A DNA stretch of 63,941 nucleotides, filler included, from Craspedostauros australis (GCA_030167865.1; 17 parts of 17 records of this genome joined end to end with filler, not necessarily neighbours in it); one strand, 5' to 3'. Positions 1 to 10,494 are shown, numbered from the whole stretch's first letter. The notes: generated by a model not told the origin, from the letters alone. Translations and numbers: made by a program.

Positions 1-85
1 TTCGGAACTCCGACAACTCGAACAGCACACAAATAAAATCTAAATCAGTACCAAAAAGACAGCAAACAACACGAAAGTCATCACG

Positions 86-2698
86 ATGTCAAGCAACGAA
101 CCGACCATGGCGGACCTCGAAAAAGGGCCACCTTCCAGCCGCAACAACGGCGATACGGAGCAGCCTCCACACAGTATCCCCCATGCTCAGGAACCACCTC
201 ATCGCACCAGTGTCACAGCCAAAAGAGCGGAGGCAAACGGTGGAGTAATGGTTGAACTGGCTCCCGAAGAGTTCACCACCGAGTACAAGCCCAGAACAAG
301 CACGTGGAAAACGACGCTGAGGAAATACGGCGACAACATCGAGCCGTTCGCGACAGCCTCTGGTGCCCATTCTATTGACTACATGGCAGGACAGATGTGG
401 AGCGCCAGAGCCAAATGGTACGGCAAAGACGAGACGGAGGCAACAGCCGCAAACCCCTCAGTCAAGGATTGGGAACTGTTTTTCCGGCGAGTTCTCAATG
501 GGCGACACACGCAGTACGGCCCGATGAGTCTCCCGTCCGACGACCCAAGGCGCAAGCGAGTGTGCATGGCGATCATGCGGATGGCGTCCACCGATCCACG
601 GAAAGTCTTCCAGGTCAAGCCAAGTGGGGGCGTCAGCTCCAGATCCAGGCCAGCCAGAGCTTGGGAGGCAGCGCGTAGGGTGCTGGGCACCAACTACGAC
701 GTGGGAACGGCCCCAGATCTCTCCGTCACAAGCCTTACTGACAGTGAGGATGAAGAACGGGACCCAGACAACGTGCCAAAGCTGCCAGTCATGGCAGGCC
801 AAGATGCATCCAAAGGATCCCCAGGCGGCCCCAACCCGGCCAAACGGTCCAAGATCTCGAAATCTCCGAATCGCAGCACATCAGTGCTGGGCACAAGCAC
901 CAACAGATTCGCGGCACTAGCGGGCGAAGAGCCAGAAACGCAGCCGGAGCCAACCAGTGACGTGCCAATGCAACTGAACGATGAAGGCTCCAAACAACCC
1001 CCGCAACCAGCGGCGCACGCACCAACAGCCCCTGCCCCAAGCGGCAGCCGGAAGACGGCAGCACGACGCGCAGGCGTCACGTTCAGCCAGGTGGCCTCCA
1101 CAATTGCCATGGACGACCAGTCCTCGGAATCCGACACAAGCCAAATCCTGATCGGGCTGCCCAGCCTCCAGCACACCACCAGGTTCATGTTCAAGATCAA
1201 GGCTGACCAAACTGAGCCTGACACCACCAAAGCACTCCGTGACAGAATTGTGGCATGGTTCCGGCAGGTCAGAATTGTTGATCCATCGGCCATCATCCTG
1301 CCGTGGAAAGATACACTCGACGAGCGTCGGTACATCCAGCACGTGGGTCAAATCCCAGTGGAACTACAGGATCTCCGCGTGTTCTTCAAAGGCATTCGAG
1401 CATCCACGATGGACAGTGGCCTGGCATATACCAACGTCAGAATCACAACAGACATGCACCCCACCAACATCACTGCGGAAAGAGATGCGGAGATGAATCC
1501 GTACTACTACAAGCACCAGGAAGGACTGTACATCAGCATGCTACAGGTCGAGAGTACCAAGGAGATCGGGTTCCTGCTATATTCTGGAGGCTTCAACGAT
1601 GTCAAGGGCACCATGGAGCTACTCAACCGCGAGTTCCGCAGACGCCACAAGAACACCAGAGTCGGCGGGAAGCTCAAAAACATAGTCATGGTGTGCGACA
1701 GCACAAGAGAAGCCTACAAGAACAGCGGCAAGCATTGGACGATGCAGCCCTGGCGTGCTATCAAGGTCGAAACGGAGAGTTCGCAAGCAGCCATCGCGGT
1801 GGAGCGAATGTGTGCGCTCCTCAACGAAGACGACAACCGGCCAGCAGGGCTCCGCCTCCGGTTCCTTCCGGAAGCCAGGTACGAGCAGATGACGGAGAAG
1901 AAGCGACGGCACCGTACAAACCTGGTGCAAAAACATCAGGCAGTGCTGTCGAGTCTCAAGTACGTGGACACGGCGGGGGTCACCAAGCTGGACGACCCAG
2001 TTCATGGGGACAACCGGGAGCACGTCACGCTCCGGTCCCATATAATGAGCATGCGGGATGATCAAGGACGGCCGATCTTTCAAAGCCTTGACATGGCACG
2101 TGCACATGACGACCAGCTCATTGGCCACGTGTTTGAGGAGAACATGGCCCAAGCCTCTGCCATCATGAGCCTCCTGCCAGCCGTTGCGCGCATTCAGCTG
2201 GGCACCAAGACAGAGAAGTGGTTCAGCGTCGATGCGTGGCATGCAAATCTCAACGTCACGTATGACAGCACGACTAAAGAATACAATGCGCCAGACCACA
2301 GCAACCTCGAGCACCTCCTTGAGGAGGAGTTTCCGGCGAGTGTGGTCATCACCAATCTACCACCAGACCTTGCCTCCGTGGAGAATCACCGACCGGCAGC
2401 GCTCGACTACAGAAGCCTGTTTGGTTCAGGAACTACGGTGGGATCCCACATGACCATGAACTCCGCAGTGACAGGAGTTCCCGGCTCAGGCGACGCAGCG
2501 TCCATCGCGACAACAGACTCCGAGAAACGCAGGGAGGCCACTAGAGCAGCGGCGCGAGAGCAGGAACGACAAAGAAAGGAGTCCCTCAACCAGGCCAGGC
2601 TCGAAATTCAGCGCGCGGAGATCGACAAGCTACGCAAGGAGCTCGACGCCCAGCGCAGCAACGCCAACCCCGGGGCCGGGGCTCTCCCGCAATGTTAG
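86..2698 (+). CDS. LINE ORF1 protein (870 aa), with disordered linker, central conserved domain and C-terminal coiled coil
   Basis: Lies directly upstream of the EN-RT ORF. Its central block (HTTRF..VDPSAIILPW..YTNVRI..MLQ..IGFLLYS) aligns by eye with the ORF at 9147-10299. C-terminus is charged and heptad-like. Confidence 0.82.
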   Translation: MSSNEPTMADLEKGPPSSRNNGDTEQPPHSIPHAQEPPHRTSVTAKRAEANGGVMVELAPEEFTTEYKPRTSTWKTTLRKYGDNIEPFATASGAHSIDYMAGQMWSARAKWYGKDETEATAANPSVKDWELFFRRVLNGRHTQYGPMSLPSDDPRRKRVCMAIMRMASTDPRKVFQVKPSGGVSSRSRPARAWEAARRVLGTNYDVGTAPDLSVTSLTDSEDEERDPDNVPKLPVMAGQDASKGSPGGPNPAKRSKISKSPNRSTSVLGTSTNRFAALAGEEPETQPEPTSDVPMQLNDEGSKQPPQPAAHAPTAPAPSGSRKTAARRAGVTFSQVASTIAMDDQSSESDTSQILIGLPSLQHTTRFMFKIKADQTEPDTTKALRDRIVAWFRQVRIVDPSAIILPWKDTLDERRYIQHVGQIPVELQDLRVFFKGIRASTMDSGLAYTNVRITTDMHPTNITAERDAEMNPYYYKHQEGLYISMLQVESTKEIGFLLYSGGFNDVKGTMELLNREFRRRHKNTRVGGKLKNIVMVCDSTREAYKNSGKHWTMQPWRAIKVETESSQAAIAVERMCALLNEDDNRPAGLRLRFLPEARYEQMTEKKRRHRTNLVQKHQAVLSSLKYVDTAGVTKLDDPVHGDNREHVTLRSHIMSMRDDQGRPIFQSLDMARAHDDQLIGHVFEENMAQASAIMSLLPAVARIQLGTKTEKWFSVDAWHANLNVTYDSTTKEYNAPDHSNLEHLLEEEFPASVVITNLPPDLASVENHRPAALDYRSLFGSGTTVGSHMTMNSAVTGVPGSGDAASIATTDSEKRREATRAAAREQERQRKESLNQARLEIQRAEIDKLRKELDAQRSNANPGAGALPQC

Positions 2699-5600
2699 CA
2701 AGCACTGCAAGCCGCGCGCAGTCCGGCCGGCAGAGCAACAGGCAAGACAACACCGATCGATCAGGCACGGAAGAGGTGATCGATCAATTCGCCTCCATAG
2801 GTGGGGACACCCAAAACATCGTCCCAGGTCACATTCGGGTCGCAGCGCTCAACCTCGGCGGCCTACCCATGGACGAGACCGACCCCAAGTATCAGGACCT
2901 CTGGGAGACAATCCGCAAGTACAACGTCGACGTCATGCTCCTAACCGAGGTTGGTATCAACTGGAGCAAGGTGCCGCGGCACAAACGGCTCCACGAAATC
3001 GTCCAGCAGAACGTACCCCAGTCACGCACCGTCACGTCGCACAATCAGTCCAACCCGATGCGGGTGAGGCAGTGGGGTGGGACAGCAATCCTTATCAAAG
3101 GCAGCACCCGAGGCCGCATATTGACAAGCGAGAAAGACACCCACCAATGGGGCAGATGGGTCAGCGTGCTTCTACAGGGCAAAGGCCACATCAAGGTGCG
3201 GCTGGTGGCTACCTACGTAGCAAACCGGTCAACCAAAACCCCAGGAACGGTGTACAACCAACAGGCGTCCAATGCGGCTGCAGTGGGCATCGACGCGGAT
3301 CCCATCGACCTCCACCTGAGTGAGTTGCAAAGCCAGCTTCATCAATGGCGTCAAGCGGGTGAGACGATCATCCTGGGTGGCGATGTCAATATGGACGTGA
3401 GGAAGTCCCGAGTGAGTGCGATGTTGGCTGACGAAGGAATGACAGAGGCACTTTCCACGCAGCACCCACAGTCAGCAGCCACCCACATTCGGAACCGCAG
3501 CAACGTACAGATCGATGGCATCTGGTCCACTCCGGAGGCGATGGCTACTCAATCAGGGGCCACACCATTCGGTCCGTGGGACCATCGCATGGTATGGGTG
3601 GACTACGCAACCCAACAGCTCATGGGCAGAGGCCGCAGTCCAACACAACCATTCCGCGGTCGCAGGCTTCAGCTGCAAAGGCCGGCCACGGTCAGCCGGT
3701 ATCTCGACTCGTACGCCGAAGCGGCTCGACAGAGCAGGTTGCTGGAGCGCGCCAACGCGCTGGAGCGGGAGGTGACAGGGGCGCCCCTCACCCAGGAGCA
3801 AGCGAGAGCAATCGAGGACATTGATGCGGATCGCACGAAGGCTATGCTCAAAGCAGAGCGATCGTGCCGCAAAATCCGAGTGGGAAACGTCCCGTACTCG
3901 CCACTGGTGAACCGCATTCAGAAAGCCCATCAGTTCTGGACCGAGTCCCTGCGGCGAAGGTCGGGCCACCAGGTCAAAGGATCCACCATCGACAGGCTGA
4001 AGAAGAAGGCGCACCTGGAGCACGTCCGCACCCGTGACATGAGCACGGCAGACATGACAGTCGAGCGAAACAAGACGTGGCGTCAGCTCAAGAAGGAGAA
4101 ACGGCTGGCGGCGCAACACCGAGTCGATTTCCTCCGAGCGAATGAGGGATTCATCCAAGAAGGTGGCGGGGATCCCCTAAAATACAGGAAGCAGATGGCC
4201 GAACGGGAGGAGACCCGTGCGACGTTCAGACGCATCAAGCAAGCTCTGGCAGGCACGGCCAGCGACTCACAGGTCAGCATGGTCGTCCACGACGGGCCAG
4301 GCGGCAGCGGGGAGATTCTCACAGACTCCGAAGAGGTAGCAGGAGCATGCTGTGCGACGAACATCGCCAAATACCAACAAGCGTGGTCCTCCGAACTGTG
4401 CCAGCCAGGCCTGAGCCAACTCGTGGGCAAGTACGGCACGACCGCGGGCGCCGACGCCATCATCATGGGGCTGGTGCCGACACAAGTCCAGCACGGCACG
4501 TCAGAGCTTCTCATAGCTCTCCAGCAGTCGCCTCGAGTCACTCCGTGGCGCCCGTCCGACACCGTCATCTCCACGGAGTGCCACACAGACGGGTGGCGGA
4601 AGATCAAGGAGCGCACGTCTTCCGGTCCGTCCGGCATTCATTTTGGTTGTTGGAAGGCGAACACAAGGCGCCCAGAGCTGGCGGCCATCGACGCGATCAT
4701 GCGGTCGATTCCGTACTGCACAGGCTACAGTCTGCGGAGGTGGCAACAGTGCACCGACATTCAGTTGCGCAAGCAGCCAGGAAATCTGTCTGTCACCAAG
4801 ACCCGCACGATAGGGCTAATGGAAGGGGACTTCAATATGAACACCAGGCAGCTTGGCCGGGCTGCCAGGGGCCACGCTGAGCTCACTGGGACCATTGCCG
4901 AGGACCAATACGGCAGCCGCCAGAACCATACCGCTCAGGAGGTGCTCGCCAACGTCTGCATGGCGGACGACATTATGAGGATCTCTGGGAGAGCGACGGC
5001 GGTATGCTCCAACGATGCCAAAGGGTGTTACGACCGCATCTCACACCCCGCGTTCGGCATGGCCATGCGCCGCCAAGGCGTCCCCAAAGCTCCCATTGAA
5101 AGCGTGCTGCGCACACTGCAGCGCATGGAGCATCGCATCAGCATGGGGTCAGGTGTATCCAATACCAGCTATTCGGGTGCAGGTCTCTCCAACCCGATCC
5201 AAGGCCTCGTCCAAGGCCTGGGAGCTGCCCCCACGGGATGGCTCATGATCAGCTCGGCGCTGATCGAGCGAATGCAGAACAAAGGCTATGGGTTCCAGTA
5301 CGGCGAGACGGGCCAAAGGGAGCACCGGGTGGTCTGCTTCGCATATGTGGACGACACCAATCTCGTTCACTCGCTCGAGAGTTCCGACGCAGCATCGCAG
5401 TCACGCGAGTTCCAACACATGGTTTCCTTGTGGGAGAACATGCTCTCCGCTTCAGGAGGCTGCCTGGCACCTGAGAAAAGCTTCTGGCAGCTTGTCCGCT
5501 TCCGGTGGGGCAACTACAGATGGCAATACGACAGGCGAACCCAGCCCCAAGACATAACAATGCGGGGCGACGGCGAGCAAGGGCAGGTTCTCCAACACAA

Positions 5601-8286
5601 GCCAGTGGACGAGGCCAGCAAATACCTTGGAATGATGTCGCGCCGTGACGGCAACCAGAGGGAGCACGCCGAATATCTTCGGGCGAAGGCTGCCGAGTGG
5701 GCTGCCCACATCCAGACGGCCCGGATTTCGAAGCAGGACACCGAGATTGCGCTCAAGGCGGTCCTGTGGCCGGCCCTCACATACTCGCTAGCTGCCACCA
5801 CGCTCACCCGCGGCCAGTGCGAGACCATAATGAGGCCCGCGCTCAGTGTGGCGCTTCCACACATGGGGATCGTGAGGTCCATTGCAAGGCCGTATGTGCA
5901 CGGGCCCCGGCGGCTGAATGGCCTTGGCATACCTCACCTGTTCACAGTGCAATGCAAAGCGCACTTGGAGCTGGTTTGGCGACACTTTGAGGCTGACACC
6001 ACCACAGGACGGCTCCTACGGTCATCTCTATTGCAGCTTCAACTGTGGTCTGGAGTCGTCGATCGGATCCAGCAGCTCCATCGCCGTTGGCGGAAGTGGA
6101 CCCACGACACGTGGTGGTCACATACCTTTGACATGATGAGCCAGTCCGAGCTTCACATGCGACAGGTGTCACCAGCCTTACAGCCCCCTCGCGTGGGCGA
6201 TGTCACTATCATGAGCCGGTTCCTCGACTGCACGAGCGACGAAGTGGAGCTCCGCAAGGCCAACGCAGTCCGGGTGCATCTGCAAGCACTGTGGCTGTCG
6301 GACATCTGCGATGCCGAAGGGGGCAAGATACACCCCATGGTGCTGCGCCATCTACCCGCTACACGTGCGGACAGTGACCTCCCATGGCCGAAGACGGTGC
6401 CCCCGTCACAAGCTGCGTGGCACGCGTGGGATGCCTTGGTGTTGCACTTGCTGGCCAGGGACCGGCCGGGCGCCGCACTGCGCAAGCCTCTGGGGCCGTG
6501 GCACAGCGCGGACAGATTCCGCGTGCGGCAGAGCCAGTCCGGCCTGCTCGAGAGCCATCGGCCAAGGCAATCGCCGCAGCAAATTCTCCACACGGAGTAC
6601 AGATGTCGTCGAGTCCGCGGGGAGGCCGTCGCAGACGCCCATGCACACCGAGGCACCACGGTGGTGCTCTCGCTGGGACAAGTCCTGCGCCCTGCGCTGG
6701 CGACCACGCTCCGAGAGCACATCGTCGGCATGGGAGGCCTCGCAGACCAAATGCTCCGCCACGTGCGCATCCACGGGTCGACAGCATCCATCTCGACTGC
6801 CATCGCAAGCGGGCAGTGCGTGGCATGCTGCGATGCGTCGGCCAAAGACAACAGAGGCGCCGCTGCGGTGGTGATTCAGGACAGCCTCGTCCAACCCACT
6901 TCAGGTATCTTGCTCTGCTCTGAGGTCCCGGAAGGTTCCCAGCCAATGACGTCGAACAGAGCCGAGACAGCGGGAGTGCTACTGGCCATGCAGTTCCTGC
7001 GGGCCTTCGCAGCGTGGGCGGACGTGAAGGGGTCTGCCACCATTGCGTGTGACAACATGCAAGCAATACGGTCCAGCGCGAGGGCACGGCTCATCCCATC
7101 CGACGAAGCCGACTTCGATCTGCGGCAGGAGATCCAGCGTCAGCTGCAGTCGACAGCAGTGCGGTTCAAGGTCCAGCACGTCAAGGGGCATGCGGACGCA
7201 CGGGCGAACCACCAGTTGTCGGACTGGGAGGTTCTCAATGTCGTGGCGGATCACGAGGCCGGCAGACATTGGCGGGCCATCGACCAAGCCCAATCGTGGG
7301 GCTCGGTCTCCGGGGCGCCACAGTCAGCGGGCTGGGTAGTTGCAGACCTCAGCGGGCCAGTTTCAGAGGCCAGCTACGAGGCCGTCTCCCAAGCGGCGGC
7401 AACTCAGGGCCTGCGCAACAAGTGGCGCCAGCGCTGGGGGTCCGCCGCAAGCCACGCAGTCGATTGGAGGCCCATGATGAGGGCGTCGTCCCGATGGAGA
7501 GGCGGCCAGCAACGGGCCATCCTCAAGTTGGCGTCCGGGAACGCGGCGTCCGGCAGGAACATGTGCCGGCGTGGGCAGTCTGCCTCCGGGGCCTGCCCCA
7601 GGTGCGGGGCCGTCGAAGACAATTGGCATGTGGTGCGCTGCCCAAGCGATGACAGCAAGGCCATATGGGAAGACGCAGTTCAACGAATTCGGAAAGTGAT
7701 CCAGCCTCCTCGGGTCCGACGAGAGGCGGCCCAACTGCTGGTCAAAGCCCTCCGCATCCTCCAGCAAGGCGGCAACCCGCCGCAAGGCATTCGGCGCACG
7801 GCGACGCATGGCATTGAGGTGGCGCAGCATGGTGTCGGTTGGGACGGACTTCTTTGGGGAGGGTGGTCCACCGCATGGGAGCAGTTCAGCCCGAATCCGG
7901 AGCCAACAGCAGCGCGGAGACGGCCAGTCCACTGGCAGGCTGATGTGACTCACGAGCTGTGGCTCATGATCCTTCAGCAGTGGACGTCCAGGAACCGCCA
8001 GCTGCATGAGGATGGAACGCGCAGCCTGATGGCCCAACGCATGGAGTCGTACTCCACGGCGCTAAGGGAGCTCCCGCTCGCCTCGCTTCCGGTGCATCTT
8101 CGCCAGATCGCACAGCAGGTGCCAAGCACGACGCCCAAGAAGGCAGAGTGGCTGCTCGTGATGCTCCATGCCATGCCTCACGTGGCCGACACCATCCCCC
8201 CAACGCAAGTGGCATGGCTGAGGCGCGCTGTGTCAGAATCCCACCAGTCCGGGCGGCCCGCCTCGTCGGCAGCCCCGCCTTGCTAG
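2692..8286 (+). CDS. LINE ORF2 polyprotein (1864 aa): APE endonuclease, reverse transcriptase, RNase H, C-terminal zinc finger
   Basis: APE motifs ALNLGG, LTEVG, GGDVN, IDGIW and DHRMV (~2830-3610). RT motifs RTIGL, QYGSR, DAKGCYDRI, QGLG, YVDD and KYLG (~4590-5640). RNase H residues CDAS, RAET, CDNM, HVKGH and NVVAD (~6820-7270). Zinc finger CPRCGAVEDNWHVVRC. Confidence 0.95.
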   Translation: MLASTASRAQSGRQSNRQDNTDRSGTEEVIDQFASIGGDTQNIVPGHIRVAALNLGGLPMDETDPKYQDLWETIRKYNVDVMLLTEVGINWSKVPRHKRLHEIVQQNVPQSRTVTSHNQSNPMRVRQWGGTAILIKGSTRGRILTSEKDTHQWGRWVSVLLQGKGHIKVRLVATYVANRSTKTPGTVYNQQASNAAAVGIDADPIDLHLSELQSQLHQWRQAGETIILGGDVNMDVRKSRVSAMLADEGMTEALSTQHPQSAATHIRNRSNVQIDGIWSTPEAMATQSGATPFGPWDHRMVWVDYATQQLMGRGRSPTQPFRGRRLQLQRPATVSRYLDSYAEAARQSRLLERANALEREVTGAPLTQEQARAIEDIDADRTKAMLKAERSCRKIRVGNVPYSPLVNRIQKAHQFWTESLRRRSGHQVKGSTIDRLKKKAHLEHVRTRDMSTADMTVERNKTWRQLKKEKRLAAQHRVDFLRANEGFIQEGGGDPLKYRKQMAEREETRATFRRIKQALAGTASDSQVSMVVHDGPGGSGEILTDSEEVAGACCATNIAKYQQAWSSELCQPGLSQLVGKYGTTAGADAIIMGLVPTQVQHGTSELLIALQQSPRVTPWRPSDTVISTECHTDGWRKIKERTSSGPSGIHFGCWKANTRRPELAAIDAIMRSIPYCTGYSLRRWQQCTDIQLRKQPGNLSVTKTRTIGLMEGDFNMNTRQLGRAARGHAELTGTIAEDQYGSRQNHTAQEVLANVCMADDIMRISGRATAVCSNDAKGCYDRISHPAFGMAMRRQGVPKAPIESVLRTLQRMEHRISMGSGVSNTSYSGAGLSNPIQGLVQGLGAAPTGWLMISSALIERMQNKGYGFQYGETGQREHRVVCFAYVDDTNLVHSLESSDAASQSREFQHMVSLWENMLSASGGCLAPEKSFWQLVRFRWGNYRWQYDRRTQPQDITMRGDGEQGQVLQHKPVDEASKYLGMMSRRDGNQREHAEYLRAKAAEWAAHIQTARISKQDTEIALKAVLWPALTYSLAATTLTRGQCETIMRPALSVALPHMGIVRSIARPYVHGPRRLNGLGIPHLFTVQCKAHLELVWRHFEADTTTGRLLRSSLLQLQLWSGVVDRIQQLHRRWRKWTHDTWWSHTFDMMSQSELHMRQVSPALQPPRVGDVTIMSRFLDCTSDEVELRKANAVRVHLQALWLSDICDAEGGKIHPMVLRHLPATRADSDLPWPKTVPPSQAAWHAWDALVLHLLARDRPGAALRKPLGPWHSADRFRVRQSQSGLLESHRPRQSPQQILHTEYRCRRVRGEAVADAHAHRGTTVVLSLGQVLRPALATTLREHIVGMGGLADQMLRHVRIHGSTASISTAIASGQCVACCDASAKDNRGAAAVVIQDSLVQPTSGILLCSEVPEGSQPMTSNRAETAGVLLAMQFLRAFAAWADVKGSATIACDNMQAIRSSARARLIPSDEADFDLRQEIQRQLQSTAVRFKVQHVKGHADARANHQLSDWEVLNVVADHEAGRHWRAIDQAQSWGSVSGAPQSAGWVVADLSGPVSEASYEAVSQAAATQGLRNKWRQRWGSAASHAVDWRPMMRASSRWRGGQQRAILKLASGNAASGRNMCRRGQSASGACPRCGAVEDNWHVVRCPSDDSKAIWEDAVQRIRKVIQPPRVRREAAQLLVKALRILQQGGNPPQGIRRTATHGIEVAQHGVGWDGLLWGGWSTAWEQFSPNPEPTAARRRPVHWQADVTHELWLMILQQWTSRNRQLHEDGTRSLMAQRMESYSTALRELPLASLPVHLRQIAQQVPSTTPKKAEWLLVMLHAMPHVADTIPPTQVAWLRRAVSESHQSGRPASSAAPPC

Positions 8287-8466
8287 CTTGCATACGCCGC
8301 GGCTCGACAGCGCCACCCGGCCAGCATCGCGACACGAACAGGCTCCGACTGCACGACCTCTACTTTATCCGTTCCCGCTGTATGATACATGCAGAATAAA
8401 CGAGGCGGTACAAAAGCGCCATCGGCGCATAGGTAAAACTATAGTCTATGTGACACAACAACAACA

Positions 8467-9046
8467 TGGTCCTCCCTTGTGGCCACACGCCACTCATCCA
8501 ACTGGAAGGAGCTACGCACCCTACTCAGCACTCTGCAGCAGGTCGCCAACAACCCAGCATCAGCTATGGACGTCTTCGGCGCCACCTTCTTCTATTTCAC
8601 CGACAACATGTGCACCTACTGTGTTGTCGATGGAGGCACTTCCACGTCACCGGAACTGCACAAGATGGTCCGAAAGATCAAGCAGCTCGAGCTCCGCCTG
8701 TCGTGCCACCTCCAAGTCATCCACATCCCCGGCACCGCCATCATCACAGAAGGGACGGACGGACTCAGCCGTGGGATCTGGATTAATGCNGCTCATCAGA
8801 GGCCTACCTCATCACAGATCTTATCCGCGTGTCTGGCCCCGGCACCACTCCAACAACGGCATGTCTCCCGGATCGCGTCCCTCGCCTTCCCCGACACTCT
8901 CACGACTGTACTACTACGTCGATGGGATCGTCCCTGGAACCCAGAGAGCTGCATGAACTGCATCACCCTGTGGGCACCGCCACCAGAACTGGCCTATCAG
9001 CTGATCTACTTCCTGCTGGGGTGCTGGGCGGAACAACCATTGGATA
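8467..9046 (+). pseudogene. DIRS/tyrosine-recombinase retrotransposon RNase H plus methyltransferase-like C-terminal fragment, 5'-truncated by the LINE insertion
   Basis: WS..SSNWKELRT, FTDN, S.SPELH, VIHIPG and TDGLSRG match DIRS-type RNase H, followed by LWAPPP. An in-frame stop at 8434 lies inside the LINE 3' UTR and the first catalytic Asp is missing. Confidence 0.8.
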
Positions 9047-9146
9047 NNNNNNNNNNNNNNNNNNNNNNNNNNNNNNNNNNNNNNNNNNNNTTAATTAATT
9101 AANNNNNNNNNNNNNNNNNNNNNNNNNNNNNNNNNNNNNNNNNNNN
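9047..9146. other. Artificial contig spacer (44 N + TTAATTAATTAA + 44 N; stops in all six frames). First of 16; the others start at 10393, 11590, 17847, 20272, 23019, 24621, 30768, 32490, 34511, 47226, 48348, 53007, 55829, 61248 and 62780
   Basis: The identical 100-nt structure recurs 16 times. ORF-track proteins ending in XXXX-LIN are read-throughs into this spacer. Confidence 0.97.
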
Positions 9147-10299
9147 GATCGTCGTTGTTGGTAGTACTGTGACTCCCGAACAACCACCCTGCCGTCACGA
9201 TGTTGTGCTCTTGGATGTCTGACTTGGAGAGCGTGATAGCTGCAGCCTGAAGAGTACCGTCGTCGTCGAATACGTCCACTTCGGCCTTATGGGCCACCCA
9301 GATCCTTGTATACGTACTGAATCCGGTGCGTGCGTACAAGCTCTCCGTGAACTGTTTTACCGTCTCGCGGGCGGTCCATGGGACGTCCTTGGACGTCCAT
9401 GGACGCATCTCCTTGCTCTTCCGCCAGGCCACAATCTGCGCTTTGGGATCAGCTCTGAAGATGAAGGCCCTGACTTCGTTGAGACCGTCGATGACTTGGT
9501 TGATTAGGGGGTCGTTGGATTCCCTCGCCATTGGTAGGCGGATGTCGAAAAAGGTCTTGTGGAATTCGCTGAGGACGTCGTTCACACTGAGGAGCTGTGC
9601 CGGCTTAGGCGCTTTCCTTGGAAATGCCACGACCTTGCGTCTTGGTTTGCGTTGCTTCTTCTTTTTCTTTGGGTTTGGGGAAGTAGTCGTCTCTTCTTCT
9701 CCGTCGAACTCGATGCCCTTGGAGCGCATGAACACAATCCGAGCTGCCACCCATGCTGCCGTCTCGTGCGTGGACTTAATGCTTCCGGCTTCCCACAGTC
9801 TGGGGAAGATGTTGGGTGTTGCCACCAGACGCACCATGAGCTCCACGATGTTGATGTTGTTGTCTGGATGTAGCTTATTGTCATACGCGTCTTGGAATGC
9901 GTCAATCCACTCTTCGAGGGTCACGCCACGGTTGATGTCTTGTGCACCTTCTTTGAGATGGGCAATGGTTTCATCGAGTGCCCCTTCCTCGCCAGTAGCC
10001 GTAGTGAAGGGTTCGGCGTCGCGCGTCAAAAGATTTCGTTCGAGGAGAATGTCCCCCCACGATTTCTCATGGTCATGGCTCCAAATCCAACGGATGTCAC
10101 CCGACTTGGTGTCGTTTTTTGCTCCCTTTTTCCTGCTCGCTTCTCTGGCCTGTTTCCGGCCTCCTCCTCCATGCCCCGCCGCGGCCTTGGTACCATTGTG
10201 ACGGCCTCCTCGTCCTGATCGTCCCTGTGCCCTCTGCTGACCTCGGGAGTGCTTTGGGCTGGCTCCACTGGAGCTGTTTGTTGCGTCGGTGCGCACCAT
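9147..10299 (-). CDS. ORF1 of a second Ambal-like LINE family (partial, runs off contig)
   Basis: HKTFFDIRL..ADPKAQIVAW..YTRIWV..DIQ..AGWLFGS parallels the ORF1 at 86-2698. A decayed homologous copy lies at 37053-37846. Confidence 0.65.
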
Positions 10300-10494
10300 G
10301 GTCGATGGTTTTTCTGCGGTAGTAATTGTACACGTTCTACGTAAATTTTTTAGTACCGGTCCTACGTACGTCTTCTCGGTGGAAGGGTCACANNNNNNNN
10401 NNNNNNNNNNNNNNNNNNNNNNNNNNNNNNNNNNNNTTAATTAATTAANNNNNNNNNNNNNNNNNNNNNNNNNNNNNNNNNNNNNNNNNNNNGA

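Larger units (their letters stand above)
1..8466 (+). mobile_element. Non-LTR retrotransposon (LINE), Ambal-like, apparently intact; 5' end may lie before the window
   Basis: Long ORF1 plus overlapping ORF2 (APE-RT-RNaseH-zinc finger), a short 3' UTR with AATAAA (8395-8400) and an (ACA)4 tail at 8455-8466 where unrelated DIRS sequence begins. Confidence 0.88.

Noticed and set aside
5900..8340. Many overlapping alternative-frame and antisense ORFs within LINE ORF2, and similarly in other genes
   Set aside because: These are shadow ORFs expected in GC-rich coding DNA and carry no motifs.
9091..9102. Recurrent TTAATTAATTAA as a biological repeat, CRISPR-like array or piggyBac target
   Set aside because: It is always centred in 88 Ns and is an assembly concatenation linker.
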